Positions 1-8,968 of a stretch of 64,000 nt of DNA are shown piece after piece. A program made the translations under genes and the position numbers. The notes beneath the pieces are model-generated. The model was not told where the DNA came from. It did not search any database and saw nothing but the letters and a program-made list of their open reading frames with translations. The DNA is from an uncultured bacterium (GTDB lineage Bacteria; Babelota; Babeliae; Babelales; Vermiphilaceae), in assembly GCA_963695335.1 (NCBI GenBank), contig OY968764.1:1088001-1152000 (forward strand), read 5' to 3'. Position 1 is the first letter of the stretch. Every line of letters begins with the position of its first letter.

Positions 1-493
1 ATGGCGCTACACCCAATTTACCTCTTAACTCATTCATTTTTGCTTCCATTGCATCCAATTGCGCTTTTTCAATACCCACAGCTTTTGCTTGTTTAATAAA
101 CGTCATATATTCTTTTTCATGTTCAGCAGATATTGGTTGTGCTGCATTTGCAATTACTTCACTCAACTGTTGCCAATCTTGTGCAACTTTTTTTTCATCT
201 CCTATTCTTTTTTGTACACCGTTCATCTGCTCTTGCATGCCGGCAATAGATTTTTTATTTCCCGTAACTTTGGTAATATTTAATTTTTTCGCCTGCTGAA
301 TAAATGCTTGGTATATCTTGTTGTTTTCAGAAGAGATTTGTTCTTTTTGTTCTTTTAAAACTTGATCTAAAAATTTTGACCACTCACCAAAAAAATTGTT
401 AACGGTTAATTTTTGAACATCATTAATTGTTATCGCATAGCATGCGATACAATTAAAAACTAACAAACACAACACATTCTTCATACCACTCAT
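1..493 (-). CDS. Hypothetical secreted coiled-coil protein, runs off the left edge
   Basis: Hand translation from ATG at 493 (MSGMKNVLCLLVFNCIACYAITINDVQK...) stays open to position 1; AAGGAG RBS upstream; signal-peptide-like start. Confidence 0.7.
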   Translation of the reverse strand, partial: MSGMKNVLCLLVFNCIACYAITINDVQKLTVNNFFGEWSKFLDQVLKEQKEQISSENNKIYQAFIQQAKKLNITKVTGNKKSIAGMQEQMNGVQKRIGDEKKVAQDWQQLSEVIANAAQPISAEHEKEYMTFIKQAKAVGIEKAQLDAMEAKMNELRGKLGVAP

Positions 494-507
494 ACACATT
501 CTCCTTT

Positions 508-1041
508 TTACTCTCTTACCCACGTTTCATCAAAAGATTTTAATTCATCAGACATACAATTTAAATGATATTGATCAGTAATGCGCCACGATTTATTTTT
601 TTTCCAATTCTTACAATCACACACTTTACCTTGTATCTGACGATGAAACTCTGCCAAAAGATATGCATAGTGTTCATCAGCACTGTAATGATTCAAAACA
701 TTATTATATCGTACTATTCTTGGAAATAGAGGGTGCAACAGTGTCGTAACATTCCTATGCTTTATTGCAGTCGCAACAATTTGGGTTTGAACATGCGATA
801 TATCAGAACGGCACAAAGTATCACCTGCTGCGCACACCTCTTTTGCAATCATCTCTCCAGCATCAGCAAGGCTAAATTGTGGATCATCAATCAAGTTATA
901 AAAATCATTGTTGTTCTTAAAAAATAAACGCTGTTGCAAAACAACTGCCTTTTTACGCAACTGTTGCGTCATCATTCCGCTCATTGTTAATGGAAATGTA
1001 ATCATCACACTGACCACATACCTAATCTTTATGTAATTCAT
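508..1041 (-). CDS. Hypothetical secreted protein
   Basis: ORF 508..1080; likely start MNYIKIRYVVSVMITFPLTMSGM (signal-like). Confidence 0.6.
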   Translation of the reverse strand: MNYIKIRYVVSVMITFPLTMSGMMTQQLRKKAVVLQQRLFFKNNNDFYNLIDDPQFSLADAGEMIAKEVCAAGDTLCRSDISHVQTQIVATAIKHRNVTTLLHPLFPRIVRYNNVLNHYSADEHYAYLLAEFHRQIQGKVCDCKNWKKNKSWRITDQYHLNCMSDELKSFDETWVRE

Positions 1042-1290
1042 TCTAGTAATCCTTTTTCGCTCAAAAGTAAATAATAACATTATGTGATACTCTGGGAGAC
1101 ATTATCCCAAACCCATGTTTTATGTCAATGCGATGCCAAAAGCATATTTTTATTACATACGCGCAAATAAAAAGCTCCGCTATTAGCGAAAAGCTATAAA
1201 AAATGAAATTAAGCGTATTTATTGAGATTTGTCAAAATTCCATCAAACGGCTATCCTATAATAAAAATCATTAGACATTTAATGCGTTTA

Positions 1291-1316
1291 ATCCTTCAAA
1301 AATTCAGGATGAGCGC
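1291..1316 (-). repeat. Family A REP-like hairpin, single arm
   Basis: Reverse complement GCGCTCATCCTGAATTTTTGAAGGAT closely matches the arm at 2701. Confidence 0.75.
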
Positions 1317-1348
1317 AGCGAAAAACTGAATAAATTAAGGATCTAGTT

Positions 1349-2668
1349 ATGTCATCCTATAGACCAACACTCGATGATATCGTTGCACTGTGTAAAAGAC
1401 GTGGTTTTGTATTCCAATCAGCAGAGATTTATGGCGGCTTAAACGGCGTGTATGATTTTGGCCCACTCGGCAGCATCATCAAAAACAACCTCCGCAACAT
1501 GTGGACAAAATCAATAACCTCTCCTGATAAAACAGTTTTCTTTTTAGAAGGTGCGCTCCTTGGACCAGAAGCAGTCTGGAAAGCATCAGGGCATATCGAC
1601 AATTTTAATGATCCTATGGTTGATTGTACCAACTGTAAAAAACGTTTCCGTGCTGATGACCCAGATATCGATCTTAATGGTCCATGTCCAAACTGCGGAA
1701 AAATAGCATGGACACCAGCTCGTCAATTCAACATGATGTTCAAAACAGAACTTGGTGCAGTATCTGGTCACGTTGCATACTTACGCCCAGAAACCGCACA
1801 ATCTATTTTTATCAATTTTAAAAATGTCATGTCTTCTAATCGAGTAAAAATTCCGTTTGGTATTGCACAAATTGGTAAATCATTCCGTAATGAAATTACA
1901 CCAAAACAGTTCCTTTTCCGTATGCGTGAATTTGAACAGATGGAGATTGAATGGTTCTGCACTGCAGAAAGTTCACATGAATTTTTTGATTACTGGTGCA
2001 ACTTACGCCTTAAATTCTATGAAGCGATTGGTCTTACAATTAGCCGCATTCGTCTCCGTCCACATGAAAAAACTGAACTTTCTCATTATTCCTGCAAAAC
2101 AAGCGATGTTGAATATGAATATCCATTTGGATGGAAAGAGTTAGAGGGTATTGCGCATCGTGGTGATTATGATTTATCACAGCACAGCAAATTTTCTGGT
2201 AAAGATTTATCTGTTTTTGATGAAGAAACACAAACATCATTCATGCCGAATGTTGTTGAATGTTCAGTAGGAACGGATCGTCTGTTTTTAACCGTACTGT
2301 TTGATGCATATCATGTTGATACACTTGGTGGTGAAGAACGCACTGTACTCAAATTACACCCTGCCATTGCACCAGTAAAAGCTGCATTTTTACCGCTCAG
2401 CAAAAAACTGAGTGAAAACATGCGTCCTATTTATCATGCAATTGCTGCTGCCGGCTTTGCTGTTGAATTTGATGAATCAGGATCAATTGGTAAACGTTAC
2501 CGCCGACAAGATGAAATTGGTACACCGGTATGTTTTACATTTGATTTTGACAGTTTAGAAGATAACTGTGTCACCGTCCGCGACCGCGATACACTCAAAC
2601 AAGAACGGATTAATATTGAAAAGATTGAATTATATCTTGCCGACATGTTAAAAACTAAAAAGAATTAG
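1349..2668 (+). CDS. glyS: Glycine--tRNA ligase, homodimeric (GlyQS) type
   Basis: KRRGF..IYGG..YDFGPLG, YLRPETAQ, IGKSFRNEITP, SIGKRYRRQDEIGTP motifs. Confidence 0.97.
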   Translation: MSSYRPTLDDIVALCKRRGFVFQSAEIYGGLNGVYDFGPLGSIIKNNLRNMWTKSITSPDKTVFFLEGALLGPEAVWKASGHIDNFNDPMVDCTNCKKRFRADDPDIDLNGPCPNCGKIAWTPARQFNMMFKTELGAVSGHVAYLRPETAQSIFINFKNVMSSNRVKIPFGIAQIGKSFRNEITPKQFLFRMREFEQMEIEWFCTAESSHEFFDYWCNLRLKFYEAIGLTISRIRLRPHEKTELSHYSCKTSDVEYEYPFGWKELEGIAHRGDYDLSQHSKFSGKDLSVFDEETQTSFMPNVVECSVGTDRLFLTVLFDAYHVDTLGGEERTVLKLHPAIAPVKAAFLPLSKKLSENMRPIYHAIAAAGFAVEFDESGSIGKRYRRQDEIGTPVCFTFDFDSLEDNCVTVRDRDTLKQERINIEKIELYLADMLKTKKN

Positions 2669-2700
2669 TTAAAAAAGCCTATCTACATTAATTCTCCTTT

Positions 2701-2873
2701 GCGCTCATCCTGAACTTGTTGAAGGATTAAGCGCTTTAATTCTTCGACAGGCTTCCTCCTACGCATAAAGCTACGGAGGACACGGCAGGACGAGCGCGGA
2801 GGATGCATCATTCTAATTGGGGTCCCCGTCTGAAGGAACTGAAGATGGGGTTAAACAGGCTCAGAATGAGCGC
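2701..2873. repeat. Composite nested repeat: family A pair with a family B insert (2754-2785), plus a further A arm carrying family C (~2815-2853)
   Basis: GCGCTCATCCTGAACTTGTTGAAGGA ... TTCGACAGGCT[TCCTCCTACGCATAAAGCTACGGAGGACACGG]CAGGACGAGCGC ... AATTGGGGTCCCCGTC..GATGGGGTTAA-ACAGGCTCAGAATGAGCGC. Confidence 0.85.
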
Positions 2874-2906
2874 TACAAGTGATAGGTTATAAAAGCATAG
2901 GTCCAT

Positions 2907-4262
2907 ATGAGTAAGAATAAAATAATTGATATCTCACCAGCACATATAATTTTCTTTTCATTTTTCATCCTCATTTTGTGCGGGACATTACTTCTCGCAC
3001 TTCCGATAGCGCATACCAAAACAGTATCGTTTATCGATCTTTTTTTTACTGCAACATCAGCAACATGTGTTACTGGGCTTTTTACCATACCGCTCAGTAA
3101 TTTCACTTTTTTTGGCAAAGCAGTGATTCTCGCGCTCATTCAAATTGGTGCACTGGGACTTGCAACGATGAGTCTTTTTATTATTTCACTGTTTATTGAT
3201 CTGGGACTTGGAACACGCTTTATGGCGGGGCAACTGTTTGAACTTGATTCATGGCAAAATATCAAAAAAATACTTATTTTTACGTTTAGATCAACACTTA
3301 TTTTAGAGATTGTTGGAGCATTATGTTTTTATTCAATATTTAAATCAGAATATACTTTGAGTAATGCAATTTTCTTTTCACTATTCCATTCAGTATCAGC
3401 TTTTTGTAATGCAGGCATATCATTCTTCCATTTTTTAACAGAACAAAATTTGGAACATTATAATAGTAATTATCTCTTTCTGATAACCACCAGTATTTTA
3501 ACATTCTTTGGTGGATTAGGTTTTATCACCTGGCATGAAATTTCTTTACGTATTCGCTCATATTTTTTATCAAAAAAACCACATCGTTTTTCTTTGCACA
3601 GCAAAATTATTCTCTATGGTTCAGGGATGCTTTTAGTAATTACTTCTTTGTTATTTTTCTTACTTGAGTATTATAACACGCTCCACGTACTCCCTTTGCC
3701 ATTAAAAATTGTTAATTCCATCTTCCATGCAATTTCATTCAAAAGTTGTGGCTTTATATTAGGAAATTTAACCGCCTTTCTGCCTGCTACACTCTTTTTT
3801 ATCATGCTCATTGGTCTTATTGGTTCATCGCCAGGATCAACCGGAAGTGGTTTTAAAATCACAACATTTATACTATTTATTAACACTGTCAGAGCCGCAA
3901 TCAACGGTGAAACTTCTGTAGAAATATTTGAAAGAGAAATAGCACTTGATCAAATATTTAAAGTAATCGCAGTGATATCACTTGGTTTGGGATGGATTTT
4001 ATTCACCACATTCTGTTTATTGTTAACAGAAACTGATTGGTCATTTTTAGATGTTTTCTTTGAAGTTGTATCAGCGTTCAGCAACGTTGGGTATTCACTC
4101 AAAGGAACACAAACATTATCTATTATTGGAAAAATATTTATTATGGCAACCATGTTTATTGGCCGTATCGGATCACTCACATTTATTTTAGGCCTTAAAT
4201 TAAAAACAAGAAAAGAAACAGCTGAATACTCTTACCCTGAAGAACGAGTAATGTTGGGGTAA
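2907..4262 (+). CDS. ktrB: Ktr/Trk potassium uptake permease
   Basis: Four pore-loop motifs (SATCVTGL, SAFCNAG, SFKSCGF, SAFSNVG), GSSPGSTGSG, MFIGRIG, YPEERVMLG. Confidence 0.93.
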   Translation: MSKNKIIDISPAHIIFFSFFILILCGTLLLALPIAHTKTVSFIDLFFTATSATCVTGLFTIPLSNFTFFGKAVILALIQIGALGLATMSLFIISLFIDLGLGTRFMAGQLFELDSWQNIKKILIFTFRSTLILEIVGALCFYSIFKSEYTLSNAIFFSLFHSVSAFCNAGISFFHFLTEQNLEHYNSNYLFLITTSILTFFGGLGFITWHEISLRIRSYFLSKKPHRFSLHSKIILYGSGMLLVITSLLFFLLEYYNTLHVLPLPLKIVNSIFHAISFKSCGFILGNLTAFLPATLFFIMLIGLIGSSPGSTGSGFKITTFILFINTVRAAINGETSVEIFEREIALDQIFKVIAVISLGLGWILFTTFCLLLTETDWSFLDVFFEVVSAFSNVGYSLKGTQTLSIIGKIFIMATMFIGRIGSLTFILGLKLKTRKETAEYSYPEERVMLG

Positions 4263-4269
4263 TTACACC

Positions 4270-4339
4270 GCGCTCATCCTGAGCTTGTCGAAGGATTAAA
4301 GCGCTCGAAGATACCCTTCAACAAGTTCAGGGCGAGCGC
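4270..4339. repeat. Family A REP-like inverted pair
   Basis: GCGCTCATCCTGAGCTTGTCGAAGGA...CCCTTCAACAAGTTCAGGGCGAGCGC. Confidence 0.9.
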
Positions 4340-4373
4340 ACAAAAGATATATAAATTTAATAGAGGAAATAAA

Positions 4374-5015
4374 ATGAAATTTTGTGTCATTGGACTTGGA
4401 AGATTTGGCTATCAAGTAGCAACAGTACTTGCTGAAAATGGCATGGAAGTATTAGCCATTGATAGTGATGAATCAATTGTTGCATCAATTCGTGACTCTG
4501 TTGCTCATGCAATTGTAATGGATGTAACAGATGAAGCATCATTGCGCAGCATCGGTGTGGATGAAATTGATACCGTTATTGTTGCCATGGGTGAAAATAG
4601 CACACAGACAATTCTTATCACCGCAATTCTTAAAAAACATCTTAAAACACCATACGTTATTACGCGTGCAATTGATGAACTCAATAAAGAAATCTTAACG
4701 CTCGTTGGTGCTGATCGTGTTATTTTACCAGAAAAAGAGATTGGTATCCGCCTTGCTGATAACTTAAGTTCTCCCTTTGTTGATGTTACCCGTTTGACCA
4801 AACAGTTCTCTGTTATCAACATTGTTGCGCCAGAAGAATTTATTGGTAAATCTATCAAAGAGATCGATCTTTTTGATGAATATGAAGTACATTGTATTGG
4901 GAAAAAAGAAGAAGAAAAAATTATCTCAGTTGGTCCTGATTATATTATTAAAGAATTGGATAAACTGATCTTTGCCGGACCGAATAAGAATCTGGAAAAG
5001 TTAGCGAAATTATAA
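4374..5015 (+). CDS. ktrA: Ktr/Trk RCK regulatory subunit
   Basis: VIGLGRFG Rossmann motif, GADRVILPE; follows ktrB. Confidence 0.93.
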   Translation: MKFCVIGLGRFGYQVATVLAENGMEVLAIDSDESIVASIRDSVAHAIVMDVTDEASLRSIGVDEIDTVIVAMGENSTQTILITAILKKHLKTPYVITRAIDELNKEILTLVGADRVILPEKEIGIRLADNLSSPFVDVTRLTKQFSVINIVAPEEFIGKSIKEIDLFDEYEVHCIGKKEEEKIISVGPDYIIKELDKLIFAGPNKNLEKLAKL

Positions 5016-5021
5016 CAAAGA

Positions 5022-5046
5022 GAGGCCCCGCAAAGGGCCTCTTTAA
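5022..5046. terminator. Bidirectional intrinsic terminator
   Basis: GAGGCCC-CGCAAA-GGGCCTC between convergent genes, with A/T-rich flanks. Confidence 0.75.
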
Positions 5047-5070
5047 AATTGTATTAAAACTTATCGATTA

Positions 5071-6066
5071 TTATCGACCTATCTCAAAAGCATTGAACTT
5101 TCTAAAACCCCTCAATGCTTTTTGATGCAATGATAACGCATCATAATGCTTTTTATATATCGCATCAAACTCGTTAACTTTATTAAAAAGAGCATTTACA
5201 AAATCTACCAATCGATCTTTTTTAAAGTGTTCTGGCGTAAACACAGAAAGTGCTTCGTCAGACATGCCCAAATTACGATATGTCGAAACCCCTAATACCC
5301 CAACAACCTTATAACGAAGAATTTTATATTGTTGTAAACTATCTTCATCTGACTTCATTATTTTAGATAATACCGTATAATCAGGAATCCGTAATGAATT
5401 AATTGTCGATGTAACTGGTACCATTCTTCCTTTATATTCTCTAAACGGATAATCTTCAGCTTTAGACTCTCCAAACAAATTAGTCATAGAAGAAAGGGCA
5501 CCAAGAGAAGTACCATGAGCATCCATATCTGACTGAGTAAGAATAACAAAAATTATATTATTTACTACCTCAATAATCTTCTTAAAAATCATTTTACGCT
5601 CTTCAGAATCAGACATTTTATTAAACGCTTCAACTAAATCATCAAGTGTTGCATCTTTTTTTAACATTTCAATGCGCTGCATTACAGTTTTATTTATCAC
5701 TTCTTGTGGCACTAATAAAAATTGTTCAACTGCAATTGCACCATTAAATTGTTCTCGTGAAGGTTTTATCAAATCAACTTTATTGTTCAAAAGATCGAAA
5801 GCTAACTTAATATTTTCAATAGAAAAGGGAACAGTAATTTCTTTTGGTCTACCACCAAGATCTCCTACCATACTTTTTACCATCTCACTATGCTGTTCTA
5901 ACCAAGCTTGATCAATTAAAATACCATTACTTGTTCCTTGCGCATAAACAAAATATTTACCTTGTTGATACTGCTTTTCACGCTCATGCAATGGATCTGC
6001 TAACAAATTTATTCCAGCAATTGTTATACATAATACCATTAATCGTCCCAATACATTCTTCTTCAT
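5071..6066 (-). CDS. Secreted protein with possible Skp1/BTB-like N-terminal domain
   Basis: Signal peptide; segment LEQHSEMVKSMVGDLGGRPKEITVPFSIENIKLAFDLL resembles Skp1/POZ (by eye). Confidence 0.6.
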   Translation of the reverse strand: MKKNVLGRLMVLCITIAGINLLADPLHEREKQYQQGKYFVYAQGTSNGILIDQAWLEQHSEMVKSMVGDLGGRPKEITVPFSIENIKLAFDLLNNKVDLIKPSREQFNGAIAVEQFLLVPQEVINKTVMQRIEMLKKDATLDDLVEAFNKMSDSEERKMIFKKIIEVVNNIIFVILTQSDMDAHGTSLGALSSMTNLFGESKAEDYPFREYKGRMVPVTSTINSLRIPDYTVLSKIMKSDEDSLQQYKILRYKVVGVLGVSTYRNLGMSDEALSVFTPEHFKKDRLVDFVNALFNKVNEFDAIYKKHYDALSLHQKALRGFRKFNAFEIGR

Positions 6067-6099
6067 GAACTCCCCCTTTTTATTATTAAAAATATATCA

Positions 6100-6726
6100 T
6101 TATTGATATTCATTAACTGGTCTTGCTGAAATCACATCTCCATATAACAAGCTCTTGAAAAAGACGACTGGTAACATTTTTTGCGCACGTGCATTAAATG
6201 GTATTGTTGTAAAATTATTAGTTGCAGTTTTCACTCGTTTCAACGCCTGATATTTTGTTCCTTCAATACCTATTTCTGATCCATCATTTGTTGAATTAAT
6301 TGTGCTCAATTGCCCTGCTTCATAACGTTCTTTACCACGATTATAAAAATCTTTGAGCCCAATTGCTAAAATAAGATGTAATTCATCAGCCCATGCAGCT
6401 CTTTCATTAACTGGAATTGCTTCTAATGCTGCACGTATTTTCTGGGCATAATGATCAATCAATAGATCATTCAGTGCATCTTTTAAATGACTTAATGGTT
6501 GATTGTGTGTTACATAGTATTCTTTACGAGCAATGCGATCATATTTCAATTCACGAGTAGAAGCTGTTTTTTCACGCAGTTCTTTAATTTTTGCCTGCGA
6601 CCACTCAGCGGCAATCAGTTCTTTTTTGAGCTGCTCTTTAGTCATCTTGTTCTCAGAAGCTTGCGCAAACCCCACAAAAACCACCACGAGTAGTGCTATT
6701 GCGCATCTTAATCCATTATTCTTCAT
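6100..6726 (-). CDS. Hypothetical secreted protein
   Basis: MKNNGLRCAIALLVVVFVGFAQA signal peptide; GAGGGG RBS. Confidence 0.75.
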   Translation of the reverse strand: MKNNGLRCAIALLVVVFVGFAQASENKMTKEQLKKELIAAEWSQAKIKELREKTASTRELKYDRIARKEYYVTHNQPLSHLKDALNDLLIDHYAQKIRAALEAIPVNERAAWADELHLILAIGLKDFYNRGKERYEAGQLSTINSTNDGSEIGIEGTKYQALKRVKTATNNFTTIPFNARAQKMLPVVFFKSLLYGDVISARPVNEYQ

Positions 6727-6827
6727 GAAACTTTCCCCTCATATTAAAAAATGATCAATATTGTATCACTTTATATATTATTAAATTTTCAACCTGAAAA
6801 TCAATAAATGGGGGGGGGTAAAAACAG

Positions 6828-6853
6828 AAAAAGGCCCACTGGAAGGCCTTTTT
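6828..6853 (-). terminator. Intrinsic terminator after fic
   Basis: AAAAAGGCC-CACTGGAA-GGCCTTTTT. Confidence 0.7.
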
Positions 6854-6874
6854 AATACTCATTTTTCTATAAAA

Positions 6875-8095
6875 TTATAACGGATCGGTCCCTTGCTCTA
6901 AAATCGCAAGATATTTTTTGTACACATATGTCCGATCCCGCTTTTTGCCCGTAATCTCTTCCACAATATTCAATTGTTGCAAACGCTCCAATGCTGTTCG
7001 CACCGTAGGTTCTGTCATCTCAAGTTCTTTTGCAAGTAAACTAACCGATACTTGCGGCAACTTTTTTAAATATTCAAAAACTTCTTCGGCTGAAAATCGC
7101 GCTTTGCCTAAACTTTCAATTGCTTGCATATCTTTTGCAAACAAACGATTAATTTTTTCTATAGTTAAAGATGCCTGCTTTGCAGTAATTGCAACACCTT
7201 GCAAAAAGAATTCAAGCCACGTTTCCCATGTACCTTGCTCTCTAACCTGCTGCAACAAGTCATAATACAATCGACGATTCTGCTTTAAATATAAACTGAG
7301 ATACAAAATAGGATCAGCAAGAAAACCGCTTTCGCATAACATAAAAATGATAAGCAATCGCCCAACTCTGCCATTCCCATCTAAAAAAGGGTGAATCGTC
7401 TCAAACTGCACATGCACCAATCCTGCCTTAATCAAAATATGATATGGACATTCTTCGTCATATAAAAATTTTTCTAAATCAGATAAACACTCTTTAAGAT
7501 ATTCAGGTGATGGAGGAACAAATAAAGCATTGCCTGGCCGTGAACCACCAATCCAATTTTGCGATTTTCTAAATTCACCCGACTTCGCCAAGGCTTCTTC
7601 GGGCAGGCCTGGTGCTTTATGCTTCCCACGTCCCCCACGCAGAAGTACGTCATGAATTTCCCGTATTAAACGTAAACTTAAAGAAAAATCTTCTTTTATG
7701 CGCTTTAATCCATACATAATCGCTTCAACATAATGCGATACTTCTTCCACATCCTCAATAGCAACCTGAGGTTTTTGCTCCCTACTTCGCCAAGGCTTCG
7801 AAGGGCGCGCGTGCTCAAATAACATCAAATCAGCAAAGGAACTTTGCGTTCCTTCTATTTGAGATGATAAAAGCGCTTCTTTGCGCACATACATATAAAT
7901 GAATAACGATTTATTTTGAGCAAATTTTACACTAGCGTTCAAATTTGCAATAGCTTCAATCGCTTGATTTAAAATAGGATATAACTTCTCTACTTCTAAA
8001 GAGATTGGTGGTAACTTTTTAGGCACATACGCTTTATAATACGCCCCCGTTATGCCTTGCTTTACATACGTCCCAATTCTCTTTTTAATATCCAT
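6875..8095 (-). CDS. fic: Fic family protein (N-terminal inhibitory motif, C-terminal HTH) carrying two 10-aa repeat-derived inserts
   Basis: HPFLDGNGRVGR catalytic motif, SSQIEG motif, GEFRKSQNWIGG, C-terminal HTH-like region. Confidence 0.93.
   Translation of the reverse strand: MDIKKRIGTYVKQGITGAYYKAYVPKKLPPISLEVEKLYPILNQAIEAIANLNASVKFAQNKSLFIYMYVRKEALLSSQIEGTQSSFADLMLFEHARPSKPWRSREQKPQVAIEDVEEVSHYVEAIMYGLKRIKEDFSLSLRLIREIHDVLLRGGRGKHKAPGLPEEALAKSGEFRKSQNWIGGSRPGNALFVPPSPEYLKECLSDLEKFLYDEECPYHILIKAGLVHVQFETIHPFLDGNGRVGRLLIIFMLCESGFLADPILYLSLYLKQNRRLYYDLLQQVREQGTWETWLEFFLQGVAITAKQASLTIEKINRLFAKDMQAIESLGKARFSAEEVFEYLKKLPQVSVSLLAKELEMTEPTVRTALERLQQLNIVEEITGKKRDRTYVYKKYLAILEQGTDPL
7578..7607 (+). 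repeat. Family B 30-nt hairpin, in frame in fic
   Basis: CCCG ACTTCG CCAAGG CTTCTT CGGG CAGG; removal restores KAPGEFRKSQNWIGG. Confidence 0.9.
7780..7809 (+). repeat. Family B 30-nt hairpin, in frame in fic
   Basis: CCCT ACTTCG CCAAGG CTTCGA AGGG CGCG; removal gives FEHEQKPQVAIEDV. Confidence 0.88.
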
Positions 8096-8107
8096 TTTTA
8101 GGTTCCT

Positions 8108-8183
8108 CTATCTTTTCGTAACTAACCTCACTAAGAAAAGATAGCACTGTAACTTTTCTTAATACAGAGTTAAAGAAAAGATA
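8108..8183. promoter_or_regulatory. Two tandem inverted repeats, putative operators in the fic/SDR divergent promoter
   Basis: CTATCTTTTC..GAAAAGATAG (8108-8144) and CTTTTCTTAA..TAAAGAAAAG (8153-8180). Confidence 0.45.
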
Positions 8184-8238
8184 AACCATAGCCTTGTGGG
8201 CGAGCATTATGCTATTTATCATAAAAAAAGGAATTCTT

Positions 8239-8964
8239 ATGCATCAAAAAAAAGTAATAATAATTGGCGCCTCATCGGGTATGGGGCGCGAACTTGCAAA
8301 AATCATGGCCGCTCATAACTATATTGTGGGTGTTGCTGCACCCCAAGAAGATCTTTTGATATCTTTGCAACAAGAAATTCCGACAACCACCCATTACCGC
8401 GTTCTTGATGTCTGTCATGAAAATGCCCGTCATATATTATCTGATTTTATTGATCATATAGGTGGTGTTGATATTATTGTCATCTGCGCTGGCATTGGGC
8501 CACAAAATCCTGATCTATTATTTGATCTTGATAAACAAACGATTGATGTTAATGTTACTGGTTTTTGCGCAATGGCAACAATAAGCATGCACCATTTTAT
8601 ACAACAAAAACATGGTCACTTGGTTGTTATTTCATCCATTGCTGGTATTCGTGGCAATTACACTGCTCCTGCGTATAATGCATCAAAAGCATTTATTTCT
8701 AATTATTTACAAGGATTGCGTAAAAAAATTGCACGGGAAAATTGGAATATTAATGTTACTGATATCAAGCCGGGCTTTGTTGATACCATCATGCAGCACA
8801 CATACGCCAAACCATTCTGGATGATTTCTGCGCACAAAGCTGCTCAATATATTTTTAGGGGAATTGAAAAAAAGAAGAAAATTGTATACGTTTCACCAAT
8901 CTGGCGCCTTGTTGCATGGGGATTATATATTGCACCAGATTGGATTTATAATAAGTTTGAATAA
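8239..8964 (+). CDS. SDR family oxidoreductase
   Basis: IIGASSGMG, ISSIAG, YNASK, IKPGFVDT. Confidence 0.92.
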   Translation: MHQKKVIIIGASSGMGRELAKIMAAHNYIVGVAAPQEDLLISLQQEIPTTTHYRVLDVCHENARHILSDFIDHIGGVDIIVICAGIGPQNPDLLFDLDKQTIDVNVTGFCAMATISMHHFIQQKHGHLVVISSIAGIRGNYTAPAYNASKAFISNYLQGLRKKIARENWNINVTDIKPGFVDTIMQHTYAKPFWMISAHKAAQYIFRGIEKKKKIVYVSPIWRLVAWGLYIAPDWIYNKFE

Positions 8965-8968
8965 AAAA

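Noticed and set aside
6810..6818. G9 tract as a phase-variable promoter element
   Set aside because: Lies upstream of the apparent -35 of the 6100 gene, not in the spacer; no evidence of length variation.
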